64,000 bases of DNA from Pirellulales bacterium (GTDB taxonomy: Bacteria > Planctomycetota > Planctomycetia > Pirellulales > UBA1268), in the NCBI GenBank assembly GCA_016776925.1, contig JADHSL010000005.1, positions 11,916 to 75,915 on the forward strand, given 5' to 3'. How positions within the stretch are numbered: the stretch's first letter is position 1; every line of letters starts with the position of its first letter. The position numbers and the translations under genes were made by a program. The notes under the pieces were generated by a model. That model was given only the letters and a program-made list of their open reading frames with translations. It was not told where the DNA came from and made no database searches. Positions 51,232 to 61,019 of this stretch are shown piece by piece.

Positions 51232-54012
51232 ATGGCCAAGAAGCTTGCCAAGAAAAAAACTGCTAAGAAAAAAATCGTCCGCAAAGCTGTGAAAGCGAAG
51301 AAAGCTGGTCGGATGATTTACTACTTTGGCCAAACAAAGTGTGACGGTGATGGAACCATGCGGGATCTGCTTGGTGGCAAAGGTGCGAACCTGGCTCAGA
51401 TGGTGAAAATCGGTCTGCCAGTGCCTTCAGGGTTCACTATCACAACGCAGACGTGTATCGACTACTACGCAAATCGCCAGAAGTTTCCTGCCGGTCTTGA
51501 GGATCAGATTCTTCGAAACCTCAAAACAATTGAAAAAGAAACAAAGAAGAAGTTTGGCGACCCAAATAATGCATTGCTTTTAAGTGTTCGTTCCGGTGCT
51601 CGTGACAGCATGCCTGGCATGATGGACACAATTCTGAACCTTGGCCTGAATGACGAAACCGTTGTTGGGCTCGCCAAAGCAACTGGCAATCCCCGTTTTG
51701 CCTATGACTCATATCGCCGATTTATTCAGATGTACGGCGATGTTGTTATGGGTGTCCAGAAGCGGCACGAGAATGAAGACGAGCCTTTTGATGAAGTTAT
51801 GGATGGACTGAAGCATCAACTCGGCATCGAAAACGATACAGAGCTTACAGAGGAAGCACTCCGCGAACTCATCAAGCGATACTTCCGTCTCATCAAGGAC
51901 CGTACCGGGAAAAATTTCCCTCAAGATCCATTCAAACAACTGATCGGTGCGGTCGGATCCGTATTCGGAAGTTGGATGAACGAACGAGCCATTCTCTACC
52001 GTCGGAAGTACAAAATTCCAGATGAGTGGGGAACCGCGGTCAATGTCCAGACCATGGTGTTTGGCAATATGGGTGATGACTGCGCAACGGGTGTTGCCTT
52101 TACCCGAGATCCCGCGACTGGTGAAAATATTTTCTATGGTGAATACCTTATAAATGCCCAAGGTGAAGATGTTGTTGCTGGTGTCCGAACACCTCTTCCC
52201 ATGACAGCCATGGCGAAAGATCCTGTCTTCAAAGACACCTACAAACAGCTCGTTAAAGTTCGTGAACGGCTCGAGAAGAAATTTGGCGATGTGCAGGACT
52301 TTGAATTCACTATTGAAAAGAAAAAGCTGTACATGCTTCAAACTCGTAACGGAAAGCGAACAGCGATTGCCTATGTGAAGATTGCACACGATATGGTGAA
52401 GCAAAAACTGATGAAGCCAACGCATGCCCTGAAGTCGGCTGATCCAGATGCATTATCACAACTTCTTGCGCCAATCTTTGACCTCAAGGCTTACGCCGCC
52501 GCGAAGAAAGAAGGGCGTCTCCTGACTACCGGACTCCCTGCAGGCCCCGGTGCTGCGGCTGGCCAACTTGTCTTTACTGCAGCCAAGGCAGAAGAACTTG
52601 CCGAGGCTGGCGAACGTGTTGTCCTTGCCCGTGTTGAAACAAGCCCTGAAGACCTTCGTGGGATGATTGCCGCAGAAGGAATCCTGACAAGCCGAGGTGG
52701 TGTCTCAAGTCACGCCGCTTTGGTAGCACGTCAGATGGGTAAAGTGTGCGTCGCAGGTGCTGGTGAAATCTCCATCGATTACAGCAAAGGCACACTGACT
52801 TGTGCCGGGCACACGCTCAAAGAAGGTGATGCAGTTTCAATTAATGGCAGCAACGGTGAAGTCTTTGCTGGCAACATTGAAACCGCTGACAGTGAACTCA
52901 AGCAGGTACTGGTCAGCAAGACCATGAAGCCAAAGCAGTCAAAAGTCTTCCAGTACTACGACTTCATCATGAAACTGGCAGATAAGCACCGAAAACTTGG
53001 CTTGCGAACAAACGCAGACACACCAGAACAGGTGCGTCAGGCTATTGCCTTTGGTGCAGAAGGAATCGGTCTTACCCGAACCGAGCATATGTTCTTTGAG
53101 GGTGATCGTATTGACGCGATGCGTGAAATGATTCTTGCCGAGAGTGAAGATGTTCGCCGTGCCGCTCTGAAAAAGCTTCTGCCGTATCAGCGGGAAGACT
53201 TTGAGGGGATCTTCAAGGCGCTTGAAGGACGTCCGGCAACTATCCGGCTGCTTGATCCACCACTTCACGAGTTTGTTCCGCATGATGAAAAATCCCAGGC
53301 GGACCTGGCCAAGAAGCTGAAGATAAGTCCTGAAGTGGTTGCCAAGCGAGTTGCATCGCTTCATGAGTTCAACCCCATGCTTGGGCATCGTGGCTGTCGT
53401 CTTGGTATCAGTTACCCAGAAATCTCAGCGATGCAGGCCCGTGCAATTTTTGAGGCCGCTTCCAAAGTTCAAAAATCTGGCATTCAGGTACGGCCTGAGA
53501 TCATGGTGCCGCTGGTTGGGTTTAAAAAAGAACTGGATAATCAGGTAGCTGTTATTCACGACGCTGCGGAACAGGTTCAGAAAGAAACTGGGCAGAAAAT
53601 CAAGTATCTCGTTGGTACCATGATTGAAATCCCACGTGGGGCTCTTACGGCTGACGCAATAGCTGAGACCGCTGAGTTCTTCTCATTCGGTACGAATGAC
53701 CTCACGCAAACGACTCTTGGTATGAGCCGAGATGACATGGGTTCATTTCTTAACAAGTACACCGAAGAAGGAATTTTCAAAGCAAACCCATTTGCATCAA
53801 TTGATATCGCTGGTGTTGGCCAGTTGATGAAAATTGCTGTTCAAAAGGGTCGCGAAAGTCGTCCGAAGATCAAACTTGGCATCTGTGGCGAGCATGGTGG
53901 TGATCCACACTCAGTCCACTTCTGTCATGAGCTCGGTCTTGATTATGTAAGCTGTTCACCTTATCGGGTACCAGTTGCCCGATTAGCTGCTGCTCAAGCC
54001 GCGGTTCAATAA
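51232..54012 (+). CDS. ppdK: Pyruvate, phosphate dikinase
   Basis: [35 protein letters not shown] (phospho-His), [29 protein letters not shown]. Confidence 0.98.
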   Translation: MAKKLAKKKTAKKKIVRKAVKAKKAGRMIYYFGQTKCDGDGTMRDLLGGKGANLAQMVKIGLPVPSGFTITTQTCIDYYANRQKFPAGLEDQILRNLKTIEKETKKKFGDPNNALLLSVRSGARDSMPGMMDTILNLGLNDETVVGLAKATGNPRFAYDSYRRFIQMYGDVVMGVQKRHENEDEPFDEVMDGLKHQLGIENDTELTEEALRELIKRYFRLIKDRTGKNFPQDPFKQLIGAVGSVFGSWMNERAILYRRKYKIPDEWGTAVNVQTMVFGNMGDDCATGVAFTRDPATGENIFYGEYLINAQGEDVVAGVRTPLPMTAMAKDPVFKDTYKQLVKVRERLEKKFGDVQDFEFTIEKKKLYMLQTRNGKRTAIAYVKIAHDMVKQKLMKPTHALKSADPDALSQLLAPIFDLKAYAAAKKEGRLLTTGLPAGPGAAAGQLVFTAAKAEELAEAGERVVLARVETSPEDLRGMIAAEGILTSRGGVSSHAALVARQMGKVCVAGAGEISIDYSKGTLTCAGHTLKEGDAVSINGSNGEVFAGNIETADSELKQVLVSKTMKPKQSKVFQYYDFIMKLADKHRKLGLRTNADTPEQVRQAIAFGAEGIGLTRTEHMFFEGDRIDAMREMILAESEDVRRAALKKLLPYQREDFEGIFKALEGRPATIRLLDPPLHEFVPHDEKSQADLAKKLKISPEVVAKRVASLHEFNPMLGHRGCRLGISYPEISAMQARAIFEAASKVQKSGIQVRPEIMVPLVGFKKELDNQVAVIHDAAEQVQKETGQKIKYLVGTMIEIPRGALTADAIAETAEFFSFGTNDLTQTTLGMSRDDMGSFLNKYTEEGIFKANPFASIDIAGVGQLMKIAVQKGRESRPKIKLGICGEHGGDPHSVHFCHELGLDYVSCSPYRVPVARLAAAQAAVQ

Positions 54013-54058
54013 CATCGATCGATTCGGTCAGTACCTCTCCAACGAGTAACGTATTGGT

Positions 54059-55471
54059 ATGGAACTTTCCTACGAGGCCACCGCGCTTGCCTTTATTCTG
54101 GTAGGCGTGGTGACCCTCTGGGTTACAGAAGCGCTGCCTCTCCCGGTGTCTGCACTTCTAGCGGCGGCTGCCTGTGTCGTAGCAGGTGTTGCGCCTGCGA
54201 GTGAGGTGTTTCGGCCGTTTTCTCAGCCACTCGTCTTTCTTTTTATTGGATCCTTTATTTTAGCGGAGGCTATTCGCATTCACCGGCTTGATCGTCGGCT
54301 TGCATTTGCAGTGCTTGCGCTGCCAATGGTTGGTGAACGCCCACTTCGAATAATGCTTGCAGTAGCCATCGTTTCTGGTGTCGTAAGTGGCTTTATTTCC
54401 AACACAGCAACGACGGCAATGATGGTAGCGATCGTTGCGGGTATGCTCTCTGCTGTTGAAGAAGCCGGCCGAAAGGCCAATTGCTGCCCCAAGCCAGAAT
54501 TTGCAACCGGCTTATTTCTCTGTGTTGCATTCGCTGCATCAATCGGCGGCCTGGCGACACCGATCGGTACGCCTCCGAATGTTATAGGACTTGCTTTCAT
54601 ACGAGAACAGCTTGGTGTTCACATTAGTTTTTTTGAGTGGTGCCTTGTCGGAGCACCTGTCTCTATCTTTCTCATCATTATGTCGACACTCTTACTCGCT
54701 GTGAGTTTTCCATCTGGTGTGCGTCATATTGAAGGCATGAGTCAGTTGGTCGCCAATGAAAGGCGACAGCTCGGTTCATGGACAACTGCCCAGCGGTCTA
54801 CGGCCTTAGCCTTTGGTGTGACGGTAGGTCTTTGGGTAACACCTGGGTTTCTCACACTCACACTCGGCAGTGAGCATCCGTTGTGCCTATGGTTCCGCGA
54901 CCACATTCCAGAAGGTGTTGCTGCAATTCTCGGAGCAATGCTTCTTTTTATTCTTCCCGGTGATGGTCAAACAAAGCAATCATCACGTGTTCTGCAGTGG
55001 CAACAGGCTGCAGGAATCGACTGGGGTATTATTCTTCTCTATGGTGGTGGCATGGCTCTCGGGTCTCTGGCGTTTCAGACTGGGCTCGCGGAGGCCATTG
55101 GGAAAGGCCTCACTGCATGGCTTCCGAGTGACACAAGCGGATGGGTTCTTATCGGAGCTGCCGCAGTTGTAGCTGTTTTCACCAGTGAGTTTACGAGCAA
55201 CACCGCGAGTGCGAACATGGTTGTACCTGTTGCAATTGCTTTGGCATCTGCTTCCGGGGGTGACCCATTATCAACCGCAATCGCTGCCACACTTGCTGCG
55301 AGTCTTGGCTTTATGATGCCGGTCAGTACCCCATGCAATGCAATTGTCTACGGCACTGGACGTGTCCCACTTCGATCGATGATGCGGGCTGGTATAGGAC
55401 TCGATATCGTGGGTGCTGTCACTGTGACTCTTGTAGTGACGATTCTTGTACCTCTGATATTTCAGTCATAG
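54059..55471 (+). CDS. DASS/SLC13 sodium:dicarboxylate or sulfate symporter
   Basis: ISNTAT and TSNTAS SNT motifs, ASIGGLATPIGTPPN, FMMPVSTPCNAIVYG. Confidence 0.92.
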   Translation: MELSYEATALAFILVGVVTLWVTEALPLPVSALLAAAACVVAGVAPASEVFRPFSQPLVFLFIGSFILAEAIRIHRLDRRLAFAVLALPMVGERPLRIMLAVAIVSGVVSGFISNTATTAMMVAIVAGMLSAVEEAGRKANCCPKPEFATGLFLCVAFAASIGGLATPIGTPPNVIGLAFIREQLGVHISFFEWCLVGAPVSIFLIIMSTLLLAVSFPSGVRHIEGMSQLVANERRQLGSWTTAQRSTALAFGVTVGLWVTPGFLTLTLGSEHPLCLWFRDHIPEGVAAILGAMLLFILPGDGQTKQSSRVLQWQQAAGIDWGIILLYGGGMALGSLAFQTGLAEAIGKGLTAWLPSDTSGWVLIGAAAVVAVFTSEFTSNTASANMVVPVAIALASASGGDPLSTAIAATLAASLGFMMPVSTPCNAIVYGTGRVPLRSMMRAGIGLDIVGAVTVTLVVTILVPLIFQS

Positions 55472-55525
55472 CAGGGCACAGGTTTTTTAAGACCTACCCT
55501 CCATACACACCGAAATCGATATCTC

Positions 55526-55939
55526 TCAATGATAGTACGGAGGCATGACAAGTGGTGCAGGAGATGGCAATCTGCCAGTATGCCGCCATGCTTCGAATTT
55601 AGGAAATGCTGGAGGCAGTTTCACACATTGAGATTTTGCCTCATCTTTTGCTCTCAGTTGCCCAGATGCATCAGCATGGAAATGTGTCGGCGGTGGACAA
55701 CAGGGACGGTTGCAGCAACGGCCTTCAACACTCCCATGCCAAGGAGGCTGGCGATTTCCTTCGCAATTGCATGATGCACTTGGCATGCTCGGTTGGCCAA
55801 AAGTGATTGCATCGGTATGCATCACATATTCACCAGCGTGAACAGATAGACAAAAAAATGACACAACCATGAAGAAAAAACATGCTGGCATCAGATGGAG
55901 TTGTGCTTTCTTAGATGGTACAAGGTGCAAACTGCTCAT
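55526..55939 (-). CDS. Small secreted Cys/Pro-rich hypothetical protein
   Basis: Hydrophobic leader ending VHA-GE, then CNC, CC..PCC and Pro-rich segments. Fills an otherwise empty gap; start uncertain. Confidence 0.55.
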   Translation of the reverse strand: MSSLHLVPSKKAQLHLMPACFFFMVVSFFCLSVHAGEYVMHTDAITFGQPSMPSASCNCEGNRQPPWHGSVEGRCCNRPCCPPPTHFHADASGQLRAKDEAKSQCVKLPPAFPKFEAWRHTGRLPSPAPLVMPPYYH

Positions 55940-56361
55940 CGGTCCAACTCCAAATCTATCGAAATAGCGTGTAAAAATAATCCCAGACAAATTTTATGAG
56001 TCTCAAGTACTTCTCCCACATAAAACAGCATCGCTGTCACGTGAGATTTGTTTCAACTCCAACTTCAACTATCGACGTTAGAACAGGGAAAGATAAGCGA
56101 TGCCGCAAGTAAGTCACTCAGTACCACTTACAACGAATGCACCAACAAACAAACCTGTGCCGGTCAAATTGGTCATGCTTAATAAAAAAACTGTTAGCGC
56201 ATGAACCACTTTTTTTTCTGATTGATACCTATTTTTAATTTCCTTGAGTTCTGTAATTCTCCACTAGCGTTACCTCGGCAACCGCTTTTGTTCCGACGAA
56301 AGAGCAATGATCTAGAATTTAATTCCAAATCGGCTTACGTTTTTCATACACATCCACTGAA

Positions 56362-57621
56362 TTGACTCTCAAATTCGAGAATACTTTGAAAGTTCATCTG
56401 AACTACGGTAGAGACAACCCGCTTGTCATTGATTGCCAACCATCTACTGAAATAGTAGAAATGCGAGGCCCTGAAGGTGTTGACATTGATGCATCAGTTG
56501 ATGTTGTACGAGATGCTCTGTTGCAGCCTGTTGCTGGCCCCGCCTTGCCTGACCATGTCGTTCCGGGTGATCGAGTTGTTATTGCTCAAGCCGGAAATCT
56601 ACCCGGTGGCCAAGTCCTTTCAGATGCAATTTACCGTGCCATTCTTCAAAGTCTGCAGGCTGGTGGAGTGAGTCCTGATGATATTCAACTTGTCATTGCA
56701 CGACCGACTATTCAATCAGATGATCCATCCCTCACCGATGATTCCTCTTGCACGACGAACCAACCATTTCCTGTCAACGTCTTCGATCCACTTAACGATG
56801 GTGAAACAGCATATTTACTTGCTAATGAAAGTGGTGAACCACTCCACCTCGCTCGCAGTCTTGTTGACGCTGATGTCGTACTTGCTGTTGGAAGCTTTGG
56901 TTATGATGCAAGCCTCAGTGGACGTTCTCCTGAGGGTGAACTCTGGCCAAGTTTCGCACGACAGAATCGCCGCCAGGCGTTGGTCACGTCACTCCTGCAG
57001 AATCGACGACAGGCTCTCCGTCACTGGCGAGATGAAGCAGAACAAATCACAGCACAGTTGGGTGTCCTTGCATCATTGCATCTCGTAGCTGGAAACAATC
57101 AAACATTGGCCGGTGCAGCGTTTGGTTTTCCTGCTGCTTCAGTTACGCAGGCCAGATTACTGGCAAAACAATGGCGACCCTCTCCTAAATCTCGTTCAAC
57201 ACTTACAATTGCAGGTATAACTGACCAACCGTGTGGCTTTGCTGATCTTACTCGAGCCCTTGCTGCTGCTGCTCGTGTCACAAGCCATGACGGAACAGTC
57301 TGCGTAGCGTGTACTATGCATGAAGAGCCCGGGCTCATTTTTACTCGCTGGCGACAAGGAATTGATTTACGGATGCTTCTCCATGAGGCCTCTGACTCTG
57401 ATGACATCAGATTGCACATGGATGCTCTCCAAACCTCACTTTTTGCTCGGGCTCTGGGGGATCGACGCCTTGTTCTTTTATCTCAACTGGAACAAGAATT
57501 AGTCGAAGACCTTGATATCGGCCATGCAGAGACTCCTGATGCAGTTAATCGTCTGGCTCAGCAAGCTGATTCGGTATGCGTGCTTCATGAAGCCAACCGA
57601 CTGTGCCCTCAGAAAATCTGA
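56362..57621 (+). CDS. Lactate racemase (LarA/DUF2088) N-terminal domain-like protein, divergent
   Basis: LNYG start, AL.QP..GP.L...V.PGDRVVI, YLL..ESGEPLHLAR.LVDADVVL, A....HDGTVCV pattern. Confidence 0.6.
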   Translation: MTLKFENTLKVHLNYGRDNPLVIDCQPSTEIVEMRGPEGVDIDASVDVVRDALLQPVAGPALPDHVVPGDRVVIAQAGNLPGGQVLSDAIYRAILQSLQAGGVSPDDIQLVIARPTIQSDDPSLTDDSSCTTNQPFPVNVFDPLNDGETAYLLANESGEPLHLARSLVDADVVLAVGSFGYDASLSGRSPEGELWPSFARQNRRQALVTSLLQNRRQALRHWRDEAEQITAQLGVLASLHLVAGNNQTLAGAAFGFPAASVTQARLLAKQWRPSPKSRSTLTIAGITDQPCGFADLTRALAAAARVTSHDGTVCVACTMHEEPGLIFTRWRQGIDLRMLLHEASDSDDIRLHMDALQTSLFARALGDRRLVLLSQLEQELVEDLDIGHAETPDAVNRLAQQADSVCVLHEANRLCPQKI

Positions 57622-57664
57622 TGGTTCTCTGTACGAAGCTCATATCCCCTTTCACACAACTGTT

Positions 57665-58822
57665 TCAGTCTTGATGCAAGCGGAAAGGAAATAATTCACC
57701 AGGTGACGGCTGGAGAACCGTTCCTTGTATCGCATCAATGGGAAGAGGCCCCCAGTGCCTGCTGTCTCTACTTGCGGCTGGGCAGTCACCTAATACAAAA
57801 ACATGCCCCACCGGAACGGACCATTCACTCTTATTTGGCGTTGCGAGCCACTGTGTATCACGCCATACCAGTAATTTCTCAGCGGTGACCGTGCAGATTT
57901 CTTTTGCAGAAACCTCCTCTCTCTCCGTAAGAAGTTTGATCCCAAGACCGAGTGACGCTACGTCTCGCGGCTGATGGTCCTCATGTGCCACCTCTGATTC
58001 AACAGACCACTCTTTAGGAACCTCATAGGCAAGAGACACGCTGACAGCACTGTGGCCTTCAAGAAATTCTTGATGACTTTGAGGTATCGGCCATGCCGTC
58101 ACGACAAATTGGCCATCAAGCCTTCCTGCAATGACTGCAAGTCGCCCTTGCTTCCTGACTACAAGTCGTGCCATGTGTTGGTTCTTTCCAACCACTATCT
58201 CCAGCCCGCACTCTTCATCAAGATCTATATCAAGCACAACTGAAATCCCAACATCTTGAACTATATTGAGACGTCGGGTTTCCTTTGACAACCATGACAC
58301 ATCATCATAGATACGCACGCCATCGATAGCTGGAACTACACCCGGTGATAATTCTGGATGAAACGTTAACCATGCAGTGTGTTTTGGACTCACATGTTCA
58401 CACACCCAGGTATTGTTCAATTGCCTCCATGATTGCGTTGCATCTCGCCATGAATCCGTCTTCCTGTCAACAATGAGACCGAACTGCTGTAGTAGGCGAG
58501 GAGTCTTTCTCAGTATCTCTCCATCTTTAACAAGTTCGCCATCCGCAATTCGAATAGACTCTCCCGCAAGTCCTATGATTCGTTTTGTGACCAATTCATC
58601 TTCACGTTTACATACGACAGGTACATATCTTTGATAAGCATCCACCTGTGCAGGCAGCCACGAGATGGCCTCACCATCTCGTAACCCAGGAGTCATCGAC
58701 ACACCTTTGACTTGACCTGAGAAAGGTGTGACACGTGGTGTGTCACAACCAGCCAGTGACACACAGAACAAGATGGTGACGACAAACCGGGTATTCACAA
58801 CGAGGTTGTCACCCAAGTTCAT
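57665..58822 (-). CDS. S26 family signal peptidase I-like protein with large insertion
   Basis: GVSMTPGL (Ser), VTKRIIGLAGESI (Lys), VFVLGDCPAASRDSRHWGPLP (box E). Confidence 0.8.
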   Translation of the reverse strand: MNLGDNLVVNTRFVVTILFCVSLAGCDTPRVTPFSGQVKGVSMTPGLRDGEAISWLPAQVDAYQRYVPVVCKREDELVTKRIIGLAGESIRIADGELVKDGEILRKTPRLLQQFGLIVDRKTDSWRDATQSWRQLNNTWVCEHVSPKHTAWLTFHPELSPGVVPAIDGVRIYDDVSWLSKETRRLNIVQDVGISVVLDIDLDEECGLEIVVGKNQHMARLVVRKQGRLAVIAGRLDGQFVVTAWPIPQSHQEFLEGHSAVSVSLAYEVPKEWSVESEVAHEDHQPRDVASLGLGIKLLTEREEVSAKEICTVTAEKLLVWRDTQWLATPNKSEWSVPVGHVFVLGDCPAASRDSRHWGPLPIDAIQGTVLQPSPGELFPFRLHQD

Positions 58823-58860
58823 CTTCGAACTCCTGACTCGCTGGAAATTGCCTTTTGACC

Positions 58861-60000
58861 TCAGTCCAAAACACCCTTCACAGGCCCCGGCTTTCCAGGG
58901 TCTCTCGGAGGCCGTGGAGGTGGCTTTTCTCCAATGTTATATCCACTAGATAGACTATGGAGGTAACTGTCTGGGTCAATGATTGTCCAGCCTGCATAAA
59001 AACCACTGCTGTCTGTCACCTTTCGCATCGCCATATACGTCTCAAAAGAGTCTGGTTCAACTAAGTACCTGAGATACCATTTTCCCTGCATATTGCGAAG
59101 GACTGTTCCAAAAATCCCGCGCACTGCTTCTTCAGGCTCTTCGCCACATTCTTCAGTCGGAACAATCTCCACCCTTATTTGCCTCCCAGCGCGAACCAGT
59201 TTCAGATCAAAATATTTATTTTTTGCTGGATCTTTATTGAATTCATCAATCAATTTCATTGCTTGTGCTTCATTCGAAATGTAGTTCCCCTCTCCTACAT
59301 TTATCTTGTTCTTATCGATGATCATCTTCAACCGATTTTTGATTGCCGTCTCCATTTGCTTGCCTGGGTCAACAAATGGAATAACTTTTCCATTACTAAC
59401 AAGGACTTTTCGCTCCTGAAGAAGTGCATTCCCGTCTTTGTTTCGGGGAATATCTTTGGGCGTCGGCGGCCGAACTTCTTTAGGAGGTGGTGCGTTGAGA
59501 GTTGGCATGTTTTCCAACTTTGCTAACAAGTCTGTCTTAGCAACGGTAAATTCTTTCTCTTTTTCTTCGAGCGTAGCAAGTTGAGCCATCAGACTCCTTC
59601 GCAGTTTTTCTGCTGCAAGTTTTTTTTCTTCTGCTTCCTTCTCTGCTGCCTCAGCCGCAAGCAAATCCTTTTTTGCCTTCAACTCCGCCGCGGCAATATC
59701 ATCTTGGAGCATGGCCAGTAATTTCTCTGGATCAATTTTCTCCTTGTCGGACTCTGTCTGAAGGGCTAACTTCATTTCTTCCAGCTTTGCCTCTGAATCT
59801 TTTGCTGCCTGCTTTATTCGCTCCTGCTCAGCTGGATCGATCTGGGCAATCATCTCTTCCATACGTCTCGCGGCTTCTTGACTCGACAGCTGGACGGCGA
59901 CAAGAACGATCACGAGAATACCAACAACATTTGTGAGAGCATCAAGCAAAGAATCCATGTTCGCACCGGTTGCTGACGTGTTACTTTTGCGTCGAGCCAT
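58861..60000 (-). CDS. ExbD/TolR-like single-TM protein with coiled coil
   Basis: MARRK...MDSLLDALTNVVGILVIVL TM carrying an Asp, long coiled coil, Pro-rich linker, C-terminal YLVEPDSF; in operon with an ExbB-like gene. Confidence 0.65.
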   Translation of the reverse strand: MARRKSNTSATGANMDSLLDALTNVVGILVIVLVAVQLSSQEAARRMEEMIAQIDPAEQERIKQAAKDSEAKLEEMKLALQTESDKEKIDPEKLLAMLQDDIAAAELKAKKDLLAAEAAEKEAEEKKLAAEKLRRSLMAQLATLEEKEKEFTVAKTDLLAKLENMPTLNAPPPKEVRPPTPKDIPRNKDGNALLQERKVLVSNGKVIPFVDPGKQMETAIKNRLKMIIDKNKINVGEGNYISNEAQAMKLIDEFNKDPAKNKYFDLKLVRAGRQIRVEIVPTEECGEEPEEAVRGIFGTVLRNMQGKWYLRYLVEPDSFETYMAMRKVTDSSGFYAGWTIIDPDSYLHSLSSGYNIGEKPPPRPPRDPGKPGPVKGVLD

Positions 60001-60049
60001 AATTCACTCCTTGATGTACATGCCAGTATTGGCTTGAGATTATACGTCT

Positions 60050-60946
60050 TCAGTCAAGCAGAATTTTTCCCTCACCAGGCAGAGGTGCCTTGCCACTCAG
60101 TGCGTCCAGCACGGGTGCGCCATTTGGTAAAACGCCAACAACAAGCCGCTTTTCATTCGTCTTTTCGTATTGATCAACTACCTTCTTGGCCACCCGATAT
60201 GAATTCACTCCCTCCGGACGAACAAGAAACGTGATAATCGTATCACGTCGTCTTCGAAGAAGCCCTGTCTTCCCCAAATGGGTCAAAACATAGTCGAGTA
60301 GCTTCTTGAATGACTTATCACCGGCCATTTTGGCAACAGGCACCTTGATTGGTTTCTCCGTGTCGAAAAGATTTTTATAGTCAAGTTCATTCGGAAGTAA
60401 CACCAGATTATCTTTTTTTACTTCGACAAAAAATGGACGGCGGACACCACCCCTTCCTTTATTTGCGTAAAGAATTGAAATCGTCTGATCGGGCTTCTTC
60501 TTTTTATCTGCAATCTTTGCTTCAATTCTCTTCATTTCCGCGATAATTTCTTGAATCTCAAGATTTCTTTTCTTGAGCTCTGCAGTGTCTTCATCATCTG
60601 GTGGAGGCGGTGGCGGCGGCACATCCAACAATCGCCCTTTAGCCTCACGCTGCGCGCGTTCCGCTTCTACCAGTTGCTGCTGAGCTTTTTGGACGCGACT
60701 ATCACTTGAGTTGCTGTCTTGTTTGAGCTTTTCGAGTCTTTCCTCAAGTCCACGAATAGTCGCGAGATTTTCTTCTGTTTGCTTCTGAATAGCTTCATTT
60801 TGAAATAAATCAGCGAGCTTGTCAGTGTCAACAGATTCAAGAACAACAGCCGTAATTATTAGAATCAAGTTTCCAATAACGCATGCCAGAATATCGAGAA
60901 ACGGAAAAAGTGAAATCTCCTGTTTCTTTTTTTTCCTACGGGCCAT
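60050..60946 (-). CDS. ExbD/TolR-like single-TM protein with coiled coil
   Basis: MARRKKKKQEISLFPFLDILACVIGNLILI (resembles the ExbD P.LD TM), coiled coil, poly-Pro, FLVRPEG. Confidence 0.68.
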   Translation of the reverse strand: MARRKKKKQEISLFPFLDILACVIGNLILIITAVVLESVDTDKLADLFQNEAIQKQTEENLATIRGLEERLEKLKQDSNSSDSRVQKAQQQLVEAERAQREAKGRLLDVPPPPPPPDDEDTAELKKRNLEIQEIIAEMKRIEAKIADKKKKPDQTISILYANKGRGGVRRPFFVEVKKDNLVLLPNELDYKNLFDTEKPIKVPVAKMAGDKSFKKLLDYVLTHLGKTGLLRRRRDTIITFLVRPEGVNSYRVAKKVVDQYEKTNEKRLVVGVLPNGAPVLDALSGKAPLPGEGKILLD

Positions 60947-61019
60947 GACATTGATTCCATGTGATTACACAGCCTGCCACTTTGCACGGACACATGAACA
61001 GACACAATCGACGAGCACT

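Noticed and set aside
51709-53388. Long antisense ORFs (238 aa, 149 aa) opposite ppdK
   Set aside because: Typical antisense shadows of a codon-biased conserved gene, with no protein-like motifs.
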